Source of the DNA: a virus
Taxonomy: Duplodnaviria > Caudoviricetes
IMG/VR virus record: IMGVR_UViG_3300032300_000824
Span: 65,885 to 129,884 of that record
Reading direction: 5' to 3' (one strand)
Length of the DNA stretch: 64,000 bases
Both the position numbers and the translations under genes were made by a program. The notes beneath the pieces are model-generated. The model worked only from the letters and a program-made list of their open reading frames with translations, was not told the origin of the DNA and did not search any database. Below, piece after piece: positions 41,681 through 51,731 of the stretch (positions within the stretch are counted from its first letter, which is position 1; each line of letters begins with the position of its first letter).

Positions 41681-42410
41681 TTAATACTCCTTTTATCCAC
41701 GGTATATAAGAACTTATTCTACTATGAGTGCTTTCATCTCCATAAGTAGAGTCTGGCTTGCCATCGTAACCTAAAACAGAAGAATGAATGCCTGCTAATT
41801 TAGAGTCTATAAATAAAGCACCCCCACTATCTCCACTGCATATTAAATATTCTAATTCAGTTAATTTGCCATTTTTTCTTGATGGAGAACAGATTAAAAC
41901 ATTTCGCTCTATCTTATCAACAAAGTTTGAGCCCCCTCTACGTTTACCATCAGAAATTTTTACTCCAGTATTAAATGTTCCTGTTAGTCCCCAACCAGCC
42001 ATAGAGCATAGTTTACCAACCTCATCTTTTGATTCGTAAAGATTTGGGTAATGTTCTAATTCCAACTGTTCTTCAAGATATCCAAGAGCAATATCTCCAT
42101 TACCAAATACGTCTTCTTTATATTCTGGATGAACAAATATTTTTTTTATTTCATATTTTTTGTCATTTATTTTTACTGACCAAACATGAGACCCTTGAAC
42201 AATATGAGCAGCAGTAATAATCCAATTAGGTTCTATTGCCACAGCAGATCCATTTGACACACCCACACCATCAAAACAAGAGATGGGTAATACGCTGTGA
42301 AATTTTGACCCATATTCTATATACTTTTTATCGGGAGTGGAAGGATCAATAGTCCCGCCAAAAGAAATTGATGTATAAAACATGAGTAGTACAAGCAGAA
42401 ACTTTTTCAT
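41667..42410 (-). CDS. Secreted trypsin-like (S1) serine protease
   Basis: Signal MKKFLLVLLMF, TAAH, DIAL, GDSGG. Confidence 0.88.
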   Translation of the reverse strand: MKKFLLVLLMFYTSISFGGTIDPSTPDKKYIEYGSKFHSVLPISCFDGVGVSNGSAVAIEPNWIITAAHIVQGSHVWSVKINDKKYEIKKIFVHPEYKEDVFGNGDIALGYLEEQLELEHYPNLYESKDEVGKLCSMAGWGLTGTFNTGVKISDGKRRGGSNFVDKIERNVLICSPSRKNGKLTELEYLICSGDSGGALFIDSKLAGIHSSVLGYDGKPDSTYGDESTHSRISSYIPWIKGVLNEKK

Positions 42411-42496
42411 ATGGTATTCCTTTACAAAATATCTGTTATATTTATACACACTACCAAAGGGTCCCACGTTTTTGCCAGACTACTCAAAATCTGAAG

Positions 42497-42814
42497 TTAG
42501 ATATGATATGGACGACTATCAATTTTGTTCGTCCACTCAGAACAATCTTCCTTTACTTTTATATTATAGCTTTTAAAGTCCATTAAATGTCCAAACATTA
42601 TATGACATGAATTAGAACACAACGTTATTAAATTGGTAGGATCTAATTCTTTTTCTGGATTCATATGTACTGGTAATATATGATGAACTTCTAGATCCTT
42701 ACTTTTACCACAAGCTTGACAATGTGGTTCTTTTTTAAGATGTTCTTTTCTGAAAGTCTGCCATTTTGGAGATCTTATTGCAAATCTTATTTTTTTGCTA
42801 AATATATTAAACAT
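42497..42814 (-). CDS. HNH endonuclease
   Basis: CQACG, EVHH, NLITLC..CH. Confidence 0.8.
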   Translation of the reverse strand: MFNIFSKKIRFAIRSPKWQTFRKEHLKKEPHCQACGKSKDLEVHHILPVHMNPEKELDPTNLITLCSNSCHIMFGHLMDFKSYNIKVKEDCSEWTNKIDSRPYHI

Positions 42815-42815
42815 A

Positions 42816-43817
42816 TCATAGAATATTTGCTGCAATCATACAGCCTTTTGCTACTGCGTGTAAAGGATCTGAAGCATGTCTTATTTCTTTTATTGCTATT
42901 GGAAAACCATTCTCTTCCATTTTAATCTTAAAATTTTCTATGTAACCTTTAGCCTGAGAAGTCCCACCGGCTACAACAATAGTTAAAGGATTTTTAAACT
43001 TTGGAAGAGATTTATGATTTGACAATGCAGAAGATAAATTTTTTGTAGTATAGTCAATTAGTCTCTCGTAATAGGCAGAAACCGCAGCTAAAACAGGATT
43101 ATCTACTGGTTGTCCAATAGTAAATCCACCACCTTCTTTTTCTACTTGAACAACACTGTCTGGCTCCCCTGTTGCAACAGAACTCATTCTATCAATCCAG
43201 TCACCAGATTTAGTTGTAGAAAATAATACTGTTGGTTCTCCATTAAGCATTACACAAACATTCGTCATACCAGCCCCACAACTTACCCCGATTCCAGTAT
43301 AATCCTCCGATTCTAATTCGGCGTAACATAAAGCTTCAGCTTCATTCACTGATCTTGCGATATATCCACATTCAGCTAAAATTGTCTTGATCACATCTTC
43401 ATGATACCCAACGTCAAAATCATCATTCTCTTGATCAACGGGTTGTGCGGGGATACAGAATACTATCTTCTCATTAGGCTGAGAAGCCTTACCAGCGACC
43501 TCTTTTAAAATAAAAGCCAGTATGCGCTTGGCATCTTTTTCTTTAGCTGAGACCACGCCACGATACATTGGTCTTTTTGCTGTATCATTTCTTTCTATAG
43601 CTTTTTCTATAGCGTCTTTACCTAATAAAATAAAAGAACCATCGGAATCTTTAATAAATGTTTTTCCAGCCAAACCTTTTTCAATCATTTTTGTGGCTAC
43701 TGGAGTTGATGGCTTGATAATGTAAAAAGCATCTCTGAAGTCTTTATATTGAACTTTACCCTTCTCTTCAGATGATAATACTATATATGATGTACCAACG
43801 TCTAATCCTTTTCCCAT
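42816..43817 (-). CDS. Actin-like ATPase (MreB/FtsA superfamily)
   Basis: GLDVGT phosphate-1, NEAEAL, SCGAGMT phosphate-2, VAGGTS adenosine, AVAKG. Confidence 0.85.
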   Translation of the reverse strand: MGKGLDVGTSYIVLSSEEKGKVQYKDFRDAFYIIKPSTPVATKMIEKGLAGKTFIKDSDGSFILLGKDAIEKAIERNDTAKRPMYRGVVSAKEKDAKRILAFILKEVAGKASQPNEKIVFCIPAQPVDQENDDFDVGYHEDVIKTILAECGYIARSVNEAEALCYAELESEDYTGIGVSCGAGMTNVCVMLNGEPTVLFSTTKSGDWIDRMSSVATGEPDSVVQVEKEGGGFTIGQPVDNPVLAAVSAYYERLIDYTTKNLSSALSNHKSLPKFKNPLTIVVAGGTSQAKGYIENFKIKMEENGFPIAIKEIRHASDPLHAVAKGCMIAANIL

Positions 43818-43826
43818 TATTTAACC

Positions 43827-44141
43827 CTAGCCTTTCATATTTTTTAGCTTATTTACTGATGATTGTATACTCTCGTCAGTTCCTTTGACATCTCCTAAAT
43901 TTTGATACTTTTTCTCTAAGCCGTCCGTTTTAATATCAACCACAAATTTAGTAGAGTCTATGGAAATAGGCTGACCAGTAGTTTTGCTATTAATTGAAGA
44001 TAATACTTTACTTCCAGTTTGACCAGTATTATATACACCATTAAAAGACCATAATCTTCCTACCAGGAAACCCAGTAGAAAGATTATGATGTATGTGATC
44101 GTAAATAGTATGATAATTAAGACTAGACTTAATGTGGACAT
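43827..44141 (-). CDS. Membrane-anchored small protein
   Basis: Strong N-terminal TM; directly upstream of the actin-like gene. Confidence 0.7.
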   Translation of the reverse strand: MSTLSLVLIIILFTITYIIIFLLGFLVGRLWSFNGVYNTGQTGSKVLSSINSKTTGQPISIDSTKFVVDIKTDGLEKKYQNLGDVKGTDESIQSSVNKLKNMKG

Positions 44142-44207
44142 TTATTTTTCATTTCTATATCCTTAATAAATTAGTCCTATCTCAAAGGGGCCGCGAAAAT
44201 CGCCTGA

Positions 44208-45104
44208 CTACTTATATTCTCCAAGAATTCGACCTTTCTGCGTCCTTACTACATACCCCATACGAATAAGGAATGGCTCAATACTATTCTCAATAGTCTC
44301 TATGGCAATTCCGGTCAAAGAAGAAATACTCTTTAATCCTAGAGGATTCATACGATTTTTCTTCAAAAGCTCTAGATATAGTCTGTCATAAACATCCAAG
44401 CCCATGCCATCAATACCCTGATTCATAAATACTTCATCAATATTGGGAATCCTATCCTTATGGTAGGCAGTATAACTCTTATACCATTGAAGTCTAGCAT
44501 TTAGAATTCGAGGAGTACCCTTACTTCTTTTAGCAATAGAGATCAATTCCTCGTCCCCAAGCTTTAATCCGAGCTTTTCAGAGTTCGATCTTGCTAGTTT
44601 AGCTAAATCTTCTGGAGAGTAAAACGATAGATGTTCTTTAATCTGAAACCTGTCATAGAATGGCTGGCTAAGTCTGCCTCCGCACGTTGTAGCACCAACA
44701 AGAGTAAACTGAGGTAACTCAATGGACTCTGGTTTATTCTCGACTACAATACTAAGACAAAAATCTTCCATTACAGGATACAAAAACTCTTCAACAATTT
44801 TTGGAAGCCTATGAATCTCATCAATAAAAAGAACTGATCTTGGAGCAATGCCCATAAGATATGGGAGTATGTTTTTAATACTACGAACATTAGCACCATT
44901 CACAGTATAAAGGTTCTCTCCCATCTCTGTTGCTATGGCACTCGCTATAGTGGTCTTGCCAAGGCCAGGAGGCCCGTCAATTAAAACGTGTGGCATCACA
45001 CCACCCATACTTTTACAACCCGCCACAACGATCTTCAAACGCTCCACAACGTCGCTCTGACCAACAATATCATCAAACTTAGATGGGCGTATAGCATTAG
45101 CCAT
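44208..45104 (-). CDS. ruvB: Holliday junction branch migration helicase RuvB
   Basis: IRPSKFDDIVGQ, GPPGLGKTT, FIDEIHRL, GATT, GTPR, IEPFL. Confidence 0.93.
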   Translation of the reverse strand: MANAIRPSKFDDIVGQSDVVERLKIVVAGCKSMGGVMPHVLIDGPPGLGKTTIASAIATEMGENLYTVNGANVRSIKNILPYLMGIAPRSVLFIDEIHRLPKIVEEFLYPVMEDFCLSIVVENKPESIELPQFTLVGATTCGGRLSQPFYDRFQIKEHLSFYSPEDLAKLARSNSEKLGLKLGDEELISIAKRSKGTPRILNARLQWYKSYTAYHKDRIPNIDEVFMNQGIDGMGLDVYDRLYLELLKKNRMNPLGLKSISSLTGIAIETIENSIEPFLIRMGYVVRTQKGRILGEYK

Positions 45105-45516
45105 TAATGTCTCCAATATTCATAAGGGTATTCTTAACCAAAATTTTAATATCTGTTGTTGGACTATTCTCATAAGCTTTAATTATAAGAGCCTCAACCT
45201 CAGATTTTTCGTATCCATAACTATTCAGTATTGTACAGCACTTTAAGAGCAGATCAACGGGAATCTTATTGCTTTCTGCTGACTTGTCTCCTTCATCACT
45301 CTTTACAATCTTCTTTTTTTTGCAAAACTTTACTATTAATGAATCTACAAGTTTTACTTTTAGTATTGAACTACAGTCACAGACTACTAAATAACCTTTT
45401 GTCTTGGATTCATCTAGTGATAACCAATGATCTATAGAACAGGTAGGACAAGTATATTTAATATGAACATTAAGTTCAGTCGGTTTCAGGTTTTTGATTA
45501 TCTGTTTCGTTCTCAT
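45097..45516 (-). CDS. Zn-ribbon protein with RuvA domain III-like C-terminus
   Basis: CPTC...CDC; ILNSYGYEKSEVEALI...IKILVKNTL resembles the RuvA C-terminal motif; adjacent to ruvB. Confidence 0.6.
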   Translation of the reverse strand: MRTKQIIKNLKPTELNVHIKYTCPTCSIDHWLSLDESKTKGYLVVCDCSSILKVKLVDSLIVKFCKKKKIVKSDEGDKSAESNKIPVDLLLKCCTILNSYGYEKSEVEALIIKAYENSPTTDIKILVKNTLMNIGDING

Positions 45517-45910
45517 TTTTCATCCAAAAAATAAAGTCGTTACATTTTTCATCATACGCTGTTTCTAAAATTCCTTTATTAACAAGATTATTCAATAAAT
45601 TACTAATCATTCTTGAGTTAAAGGACTCTACCATTTCCATAAACTTTAAATTAGTTATTATGTATCTAATTTCTTTTGTTTTCTTATTTATCTGTGGTCT
45701 TACAAAATCATTAGCAATAATCAAACATTCTTCTTGAGTTAATACATCATTTAGTTCATCTATTTCGTCAGAACCAAGATCTGTTAGTAAAAAAGATAAA
45801 TCATCCTCACTTTCTTTGTTAGTTTTACCAAAATTATCAAAAACTAAAACTCTAGTAGCTTCTACTAGTTTATTTAGGTCATCAACTATGAAGGTTTCTT
45901 TTTCTTGCAT
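45476..45910 (-). CDS. Hypothetical protein (family with 62815 and 63158 ORFs)
   Basis: C-terminal KGILETAYDEKCNDFIFW. Confidence 0.7.
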   Translation of the reverse strand: MQEKETFIVDDLNKLVEATRVLVFDNFGKTNKESEDDLSFLLTDLGSDEIDELNDVLTQEECLIIANDFVRPQINKKTKEIRYIITNLKFMEMVESFNSRMISNLLNNLVNKGILETAYDEKCNDFIFWMKNENETDNQKPETD

Positions 45911-45923
45911 TGTATCTTCCGTG

Positions 45924-46334
45924 TTAATTAAGAATATCAAACATACCCTTATAGTATGATGGTTGGTTTACAAAATGAACAGCATGTGATTGTATGTGAT
46001 TTCTGTATTGGATGTCCAACTTATTACAAGCAAAGTATTTTTTCTTCCATATCGGACTTCCTTGATAATTGGACCCCAAATACTGGAAGGATTTATCCTT
46101 GCCAGCATTGGGATTCCAACTACTCACAGGCAACGAGCTTTTAGGGAAGCTTGGGCCAATATACCATACATTTGAAGGATATTCAACTATGTCATTTAAA
46201 GTTTCATATAACATTTTCCCCCAAGCATCCCAAGCATCAGGATCAAACTTGAAATAATTTTTATGCTGACTCTCTAAATTATCATGACTATCATCATTGT
46301 CGTCATAGTTGTCATCTTCATAATCTTCGTGCAT
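45924..46334 (-). CDS. Hypothetical protein with acidic N-terminus
   Basis: ORF track. Confidence 0.65.
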   Translation of the reverse strand: MHEDYEDDNYDDNDDSHDNLESQHKNYFKFDPDAWDAWGKMLYETLNDIVEYPSNVWYIGPSFPKSSLPVSSWNPNAGKDKSFQYLGSNYQGSPIWKKKYFACNKLDIQYRNHIQSHAVHFVNQPSYYKGMFDILN

Positions 46335-46337
46335 ATT

Positions 46338-47480
46338 TCACCCGATACAGAATTTGTCACTGATCTTAGACGCTAGTTCTTTAGCAGAATTAGACAGGAA
46401 CCTATTGTTGCTAAAGTAGAGGGGCGTTGAGACTTGATTAAGGAACTCCACGACCGTCTTTAAAAGCTTGGTCTGCTGACCGTCTAGATTCATATCCTCG
46501 TCAGGGAGAGCGTCCTGTGCGTCTGTAGAGTCATTCTCGCTAACAGGATGCACTGGTAGTGGATCACCATAAGCTTTTCCAAAAATTCCTCCGCTCCCAC
46601 CAGTATAACCATAAATTGGCTTGATATTATCTGTGCTGTTCTTATAGTTATAGTTCTCAGAATTCAATTCTTTCATCTGATTTAGAATATTTGAAGCAAC
46701 ATTAATTGCTACTGGAACCCCGGTAACATCAGACCTCTTATAAGCCTTAGCGTATTCTTTAAACCATTCATCGCTAGTCTTATTCGCAACAAGATTAACA
46801 ACAGCAGATACCCCATCAAGAGCCTCTTTAAGCTGTTCAATATTTACCCAATCACCAGTTGATCCTGACAAAATACTGGTAAAATAAGGTTGCTTTCCCT
46901 CCCAACCTTTCCTCCACCAAGTATAAGGGATTCTATAAATCTGATTGATTTTGATAGCTCGGGCATCACCACCGAAATGGTTTACGAGTTTCTTCTGAAT
47001 ACCATTCCAATAAGTCTTGTGAGGATTGATGTTATTTTGATTTAGAATCCAATAGCACTGATAACCATTACGAGTATCAACAACCCAGCTTGGCTTTACT
47101 GGAAAGTTATTAATCTGGTTCAAGAATTCCTTTTTCTTCTGCATGACAATACTGGGCTTAAAATAATGACCCTGATCATCTCGTCCAGCATCCATATCAA
47201 CAAAACAAGCACGAATCCTACTAATAGCATATTGCTTACGTCCACCATTAACATAGAAGTAAGCATCAGCACCTTGACTATCATTAGCAATAGCAACGGT
47301 GGTGAGATGATCCGTATGATTCATACTGCTGATCTTCTTACGAGGATCACCGTTGTAACAGAAAATCTGCTGACCACCAAAAGAATCAAAAAACTTATTT
47401 CGCAAAGTAATCTGATCTTTTGTTCCAATGGCACTGTGAGTCTTATCGAACGGATTAAAAGCCAAAGTATCGCTAAACAT
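46338..47480 (-). CDS. RepB-like / AEP-family primase domain protein
   Basis: YFYVN, FVDMD, PSWVVDTRNGYQCYW, D...QIYRIP. Confidence 0.7.
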   Translation of the reverse strand: MFSDTLAFNPFDKTHSAIGTKDQITLRNKFFDSFGGQQIFCYNGDPRKKISSMNHTDHLTTVAIANDSQGADAYFYVNGGRKQYAISRIRACFVDMDAGRDDQGHYFKPSIVMQKKKEFLNQINNFPVKPSWVVDTRNGYQCYWILNQNNINPHKTYWNGIQKKLVNHFGGDARAIKINQIYRIPYTWWRKGWEGKQPYFTSILSGSTGDWVNIEQLKEALDGVSAVVNLVANKTSDEWFKEYAKAYKRSDVTGVPVAINVASNILNQMKELNSENYNYKNSTDNIKPIYGYTGGSGGIFGKAYGDPLPVHPVSENDSTDAQDALPDEDMNLDGQQTKLLKTVVEFLNQVSTPLYFSNNRFLSNSAKELASKISDKFCIG

Positions 47481-47559
47481 TTGTTTTCCCTTTTTCCACT
47501 TCCTACCTACAATTTTGATATTGGGACAGTAAACACTACCGTCAAAAGCAATATCCTAA

Positions 47560-47641
47560 AAGATGGTAACGGAATCGAACCGTTATTGTACGATAGCAGA
47601 AACTATATAGGTGCTACCTTACAAGTTACCAAACACCACCT
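47560..47641 (-). ncRNA. tRNA-like RNA without canonical anticodon arm
   Basis: Acceptor AGGTGGT/ACCATCT, T-arm AACGG-TTCGATT-CCGTT, branched middle domain. Confidence 0.55.
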
Positions 47642-47648
47642 TAACTAT

Positions 47649-48530
47649 TTACCTATAGAGACCGTTATTATCTACATCCTCATCATCTTCATAGTCCTCA
47701 TCATCATCCTCATCTTCTTCGTCAAACTGATCCCAATAACTCTCATCATAATCATTCAGATAATCGTCCTCATCTTCTTCATAATCATCCTGACTAAAAT
47801 CAGCCTTATAAAGAGGCTTGAGCAATTCACCCTCATACTCACCAACTACTTCGTAGCGACAAGTGCGAAGCTTTTCATAGTTACAATCACTAGGAACACT
47901 CACAACATCCTTGGGATTAATCTTGACGATCACGATACGGTCGCCAGCCTCAAGACTACCATAACCAGCAACATAATTCAATGCTCCAGCATGAAGTCCA
48001 TTAGAACAACCACGACCACGATCATCATCTACCTTTGCTCGTTGCATTTGGCAGACCTGACCAACCCTGTTGTCAAAAACTCCCCTATACTTATCCTTAA
48101 AGTCTGAACGAACAGCCTTATAAGCTAGGAAGAAACCATCCTCAGTGATAGGCAGATGCTCATGCTCCAAGAAGTCATACAGTTCCTTCTGACTCTGCAT
48201 ACTTGGATTTTCCATGAGATTATTCAGAAAATTAACAAGGGGCTGGAACGGCAATCCCTTGCTCATAAACTCCAGAATACGCTTACTAATACTACCATGA
48301 ACTTCCTCACCCTCGTAGAGAACCTGACCGTTCTTGATCTCCACAAGACCATCACTAAAAGTAGCAACAGCCTTTTGAACATCAACAACTTCCAACAGTT
48401 CCTCTGCCGTAGCAGTCGGAAGTCTTTCCAGAATCAACTTATAGTTGATATGATCCGGCAACACCTGATAACTCTGGTTATTAAGAACCAGCGTCAAATT
48501 ACCATCCACAAACATAAACGGAACAGCCAT
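47649..48530 (-). CDS. rIIB: rIIB-like protein
   Basis: LPITEDG.FLAYK, CSNGLH, KINPKDVVSVP.D, R.CRYEVV; acidic tail. Confidence 0.88.
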   Translation of the reverse strand: MAVPFMFVDGNLTLVLNNQSYQVLPDHINYKLILERLPTATAEELLEVVDVQKAVATFSDGLVEIKNGQVLYEGEEVHGSISKRILEFMSKGLPFQPLVNFLNNLMENPSMQSQKELYDFLEHEHLPITEDGFFLAYKAVRSDFKDKYRGVFDNRVGQVCQMQRAKVDDDRGRGCSNGLHAGALNYVAGYGSLEAGDRIVIVKINPKDVVSVPSDCNYEKLRTCRYEVVGEYEGELLKPLYKADFSQDDYEEDEDDYLNDYDESYWDQFDEEDEDDDEDYEDDEDVDNNGLYR

Positions 48531-48574
48531 AATCCAAACTCCTAGTTTCTAGTTACGATACCTGTGATACTGTC

Positions 48575-48602
48575 ATTTTACACTAATCGGCAAGCTTGTC
48601 AA
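48575..48602 (-). promoter_or_regulatory. sigma70-like promoter TTGACA-16-TAAAAT
   Basis: Upstream of rIIB. Confidence 0.65.
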
Positions 48603-48623
48603 GGGGTCTTGAACAATTCCAGA

Positions 48624-51299
48624 CTACTTGATCAAACTGCTCAACTGAATTTTAAAGAGGTCAATACTCTCCTGACTCATCTGCTCAACCCAATCTCTAC
48701 TTTGCTTTCCATAGTATGAACGATCTTCGATGATAGGATTCTGATTAGATTTAAGATCTACCAGATTGCCTGACACTTGATGATTTCCCATAATAACCTT
48801 GAGCATAGGATTCTTGTCTACCTCAGTCTTAATCTTTTCCCTAATCTCAGAGATTTTCCATCTCTTCAAATCTTCCTCAGAAGTTCCACGAATAATCTTC
48901 AGATAAGCATCTGCATTATTATTACCAGAGTACAAGTAATTAACAATCATGTTTGTCAAGGTATTGTAGGCCAAATTAGCATTACGAATTTCCTTACCAT
49001 CCACGTTATCAATACCCACTTCTTTCATAAGCTTAGAGATATGGGAAAGATATTCTGTTTGACTGAATCGCGGGATATTAAAAGGACTGACATGAACAGT
49101 ATTAGCAAAGAACTCTGTCAGGATGGTTTTATTCAAACAATCCACAAGAACCTTATTGTTAATAAACTTATCATAGTCTAGACCAAAGATATTCAGAATA
49201 TGAAACATAAACTGCTTATCTGTTGTTCCGTGTTGATAGTATCGGTATCCCCCAGGAATCTTTTCTTCTGTTGCATAATCTTTCTTGCAGTATTCAACAA
49301 GCTTGTTGATAGAAGCAAGATTCTTAAAGTGCTTTTGTGCAACAACTTTAAGTTGACGCTTCAAAAAGTCATTGAAGTTAATAAGATTATAACCATCCTT
49401 CTCAAGCTTTTTAAGGAAAGCTGTTTTGATAGCATAAATCTTACTATTGCCAATCAAGTCCTTGGTTATGCTCTTTAGAGTATCCTCTTGGAGAGTTCTA
49501 GTAATACCAGCAATCTCTGGACAACCAGACTCAGGTTCCGTTCCATATCTCAACATGGGAACAAAAATAATCTCATCTTGTTCCAGAAAGTTCTCCAGTT
49601 GTTCTTCTGAAAGAATTCTTAGATGTGTAGCATCATTATAGGGATTAGTAATCTGCTTACTATCCTTGTCATAGCCGTGAATAAAGAATACATCTTGATC
49701 ACTAACACTACCGTTAGAATTTCTATTGTAAGACTTTCTTGGGCCAGAACTTTGTGTCAGATGCTTATAGTCTGAAACCTTGAGCAGATTTTCAGCCCCA
49801 ACATCTTCTACCAGTTGATCAAAACCTGTATTGCTTTTTGTATGATCCTTAGTGTCGATCATCAGATAAGCAAAGCAATCATTAGCATTACAATATCTTG
49901 TAAGAATCTTCTTGGCACTTTCTTCACTCGCAACGTCGCACACAAAGAAAGCCATTGTACCCTTCTTCTTCTGATTATTCCAATAATAGGAACCTTTACC
50001 AGTAAGAGTTTCGTGATGGATTCTGTCTGTCAGAGCAACTTGGCGACGAGAACGATAGCCAGCAGTCTTATAATTAAAAACGTACAGACTCTTACCAGCA
50101 GGAATTTTATATTCCAGATCGTTACCAGAGTTGATAGGATGATCTTTACCCTTGGGGTCAGTCCAAGTTGCACCAACACCCCAGCCGCCAGCCAATTCAT
50201 TCATAGTATAGTATGAAGTAATTGCTTCTACCTTATTCTTGGCAGCTTGAATTTTCTTGGAGAATTCTTCCTTCATCTCCATGTAAATTTCTTGAGTCTT
50301 TTTACGCAGAGTCTTGATAACATCTTTGGTATACTGCAAACCTTCACGACTAACATCCATTTCTAGTTGTCCGATACCAAAATCAAGCTCAAGATACAGA
50401 CCGGAGTTAAGAATCTCTCCGACAAAGCTCTTCCAAGAATCAATATCTGCTTTCTGGAAAGCTCTATTCCACTTTTGGATATGATCGGGCATCTCATCCT
50501 TCTCTTGACCAACAATCTGTGCGGTCTGAACAGGATAGGCAATATTGCCCATGATAGCTACGATACCACTATCAATGTGATGATAACCATTAGGAAAATA
50601 ACTGTTATCATTGTTGAGTCTGCAAACCCTCCAACCTTCACCGCTAATGATGATATTGGTATTGCTATACTTATGATCTTGAAGATTATTTCCGATACCA
50701 CCCTCAAGGATGGGTTTCATGCGAAAATAATGAAAGATTCTCTTAGACTTATCTGTAAACTCTTGAAAGTCATGCTGCTTAACAGCAAAGCTAATTTCAA
50801 GACCATTAGGCTCAGATGTATCTGAAGTATTAAAAAGATTCAGAGTAGGAACTCCACTCTCATCAATCGCTGCAATATAGGTATATTTCTTTCCATTAAA
50901 GTATGATGCAGTAGTAAAGCTCTTGGTATAGGCAAAAGGACTCTTAGACCCTAGACCAAGACAACCAACAAAATCATTACTATCATTCTTGTTGGATGCA
51001 CCATAGGTTGTATACAAGTCCTCCATATCGGCCTGACTAAGACCAGTGCCATAATCCCTGACCATAAAGGTGGGATTGGCAGCGGTGGGCAAAGTCACCT
51101 TAAAGGGATTCTTATTCCCGGCAGAGATATGACTATCATAAGCATTAGTAGAAAGCTCACGAATCGCAGCCATGACCTTATCAGAATAAAGAGAGTCTGA
51201 AAGGATTTTAAACATTTTGCTCGTCTGAGCAATATTAAACTGATTCCTGCTTGCAACTCCAACGCTGTGAGTCTCAATCGTCCTATCTGCCAATTTCAT
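48624..51299 (-). CDS. rIIA: rIIA-like protein (GHKL ATPase N-terminus)
   Basis: LYSDK..IRELSTNAYD, RDYGTGL, GLGSKSPFAY, SREGL; adjacent to rIIB. Confidence 0.9.
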   Translation of the reverse strand: MKLADRTIETHSVGVASRNQFNIAQTSKMFKILSDSLYSDKVMAAIRELSTNAYDSHISAGNKNPFKVTLPTAANPTFMVRDYGTGLSQADMEDLYTTYGASNKNDSNDFVGCLGLGSKSPFAYTKSFTTASYFNGKKYTYIAAIDESGVPTLNLFNTSDTSEPNGLEISFAVKQHDFQEFTDKSKRIFHYFRMKPILEGGIGNNLQDHKYSNTNIIISGEGWRVCRLNNDNSYFPNGYHHIDSGIVAIMGNIAYPVQTAQIVGQEKDEMPDHIQKWNRAFQKADIDSWKSFVGEILNSGLYLELDFGIGQLEMDVSREGLQYTKDVIKTLRKKTQEIYMEMKEEFSKKIQAAKNKVEAITSYYTMNELAGGWGVGATWTDPKGKDHPINSGNDLEYKIPAGKSLYVFNYKTAGYRSRRQVALTDRIHHETLTGKGSYYWNNQKKKGTMAFFVCDVASEESAKKILTRYCNANDCFAYLMIDTKDHTKSNTGFDQLVEDVGAENLLKVSDYKHLTQSSGPRKSYNRNSNGSVSDQDVFFIHGYDKDSKQITNPYNDATHLRILSEEQLENFLEQDEIIFVPMLRYGTEPESGCPEIAGITRTLQEDTLKSITKDLIGNSKIYAIKTAFLKKLEKDGYNLINFNDFLKRQLKVVAQKHFKNLASINKLVEYCKKDYATEEKIPGGYRYYQHGTTDKQFMFHILNIFGLDYDKFINNKVLVDCLNKTILTEFFANTVHVSPFNIPRFSQTEYLSHISKLMKEVGIDNVDGKEIRNANLAYNTLTNMIVNYLYSGNNNADAYLKIIRGTSEEDLKRWKISEIREKIKTEVDKNPMLKVIMGNHQVSGNLVDLKSNQNPIIEDRSYYGKQSRDWVEQMSQESIDLFKIQLSSLIK

Positions 51300-51339
51300 C
51301 TGTATTCTCCAAAAGTGTTATCGTTCCTGTGATGGCTCA

Positions 51340-51368
51340 AGTATACCATCGGCAAACAACCTTGTCAA
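51340..51368 (-). promoter_or_regulatory. sigma70-like promoter TTGACA-17-TATACT
   Basis: Upstream of rIIA. Confidence 0.75.
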
Positions 51369-51406
51369 GCATCAGTTTTCTTTTTGCTTAAATGACACAA
51401 AGATTG

Positions 51407-51721
51407 TTAATATTGATCGTCTTCGTTATCCTCTGGCTCATAATCTTCTGTTTGATCATAAGGAGTCCAATCCTCATTCTCTTCTTCGTCATCAAGATCT
51501 GAATCGTCCATATCACCCATATCAGAAATTAGGATAGTAAATGTGTTTAAGATATCTATTGCTTGATCAATTTTATTTTCCAAAAGTTTCATTTTATTTT
51601 CGATATTTTTAATGCCTCTTTTTACTTCGATAATATCTTTGGTTAAATGATTATCCATATCATGAATTTCTTTATTGCTTTTCATTACTTCTTTAATTAC
51701 GTCATCAATATTTTTAGACAT
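51407..51721 (-). CDS. Coiled-coil protein with acidic tail
   Basis: ORF track; GAGG RBS. Confidence 0.7.
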   Translation of the reverse strand: MSKNIDDVIKEVMKSNKEIHDMDNHLTKDIIEVKRGIKNIENKMKLLENKIDQAIDILNTFTILISDMGDMDDSDLDDEEENEDWTPYDQTEDYEPEDNEDDQY

Positions 51722-51731
51722 TTTGGCCTCT

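Noticed and set aside
47166-48107. 313-aa plus-strand ORF, and similar plus ORFs at 48156, 48777, 49815 and 50367
   Set aside because: Antisense shadows of rIIA, rIIB and the primase-like gene, with Ile/Leu-rich composition and no motifs.
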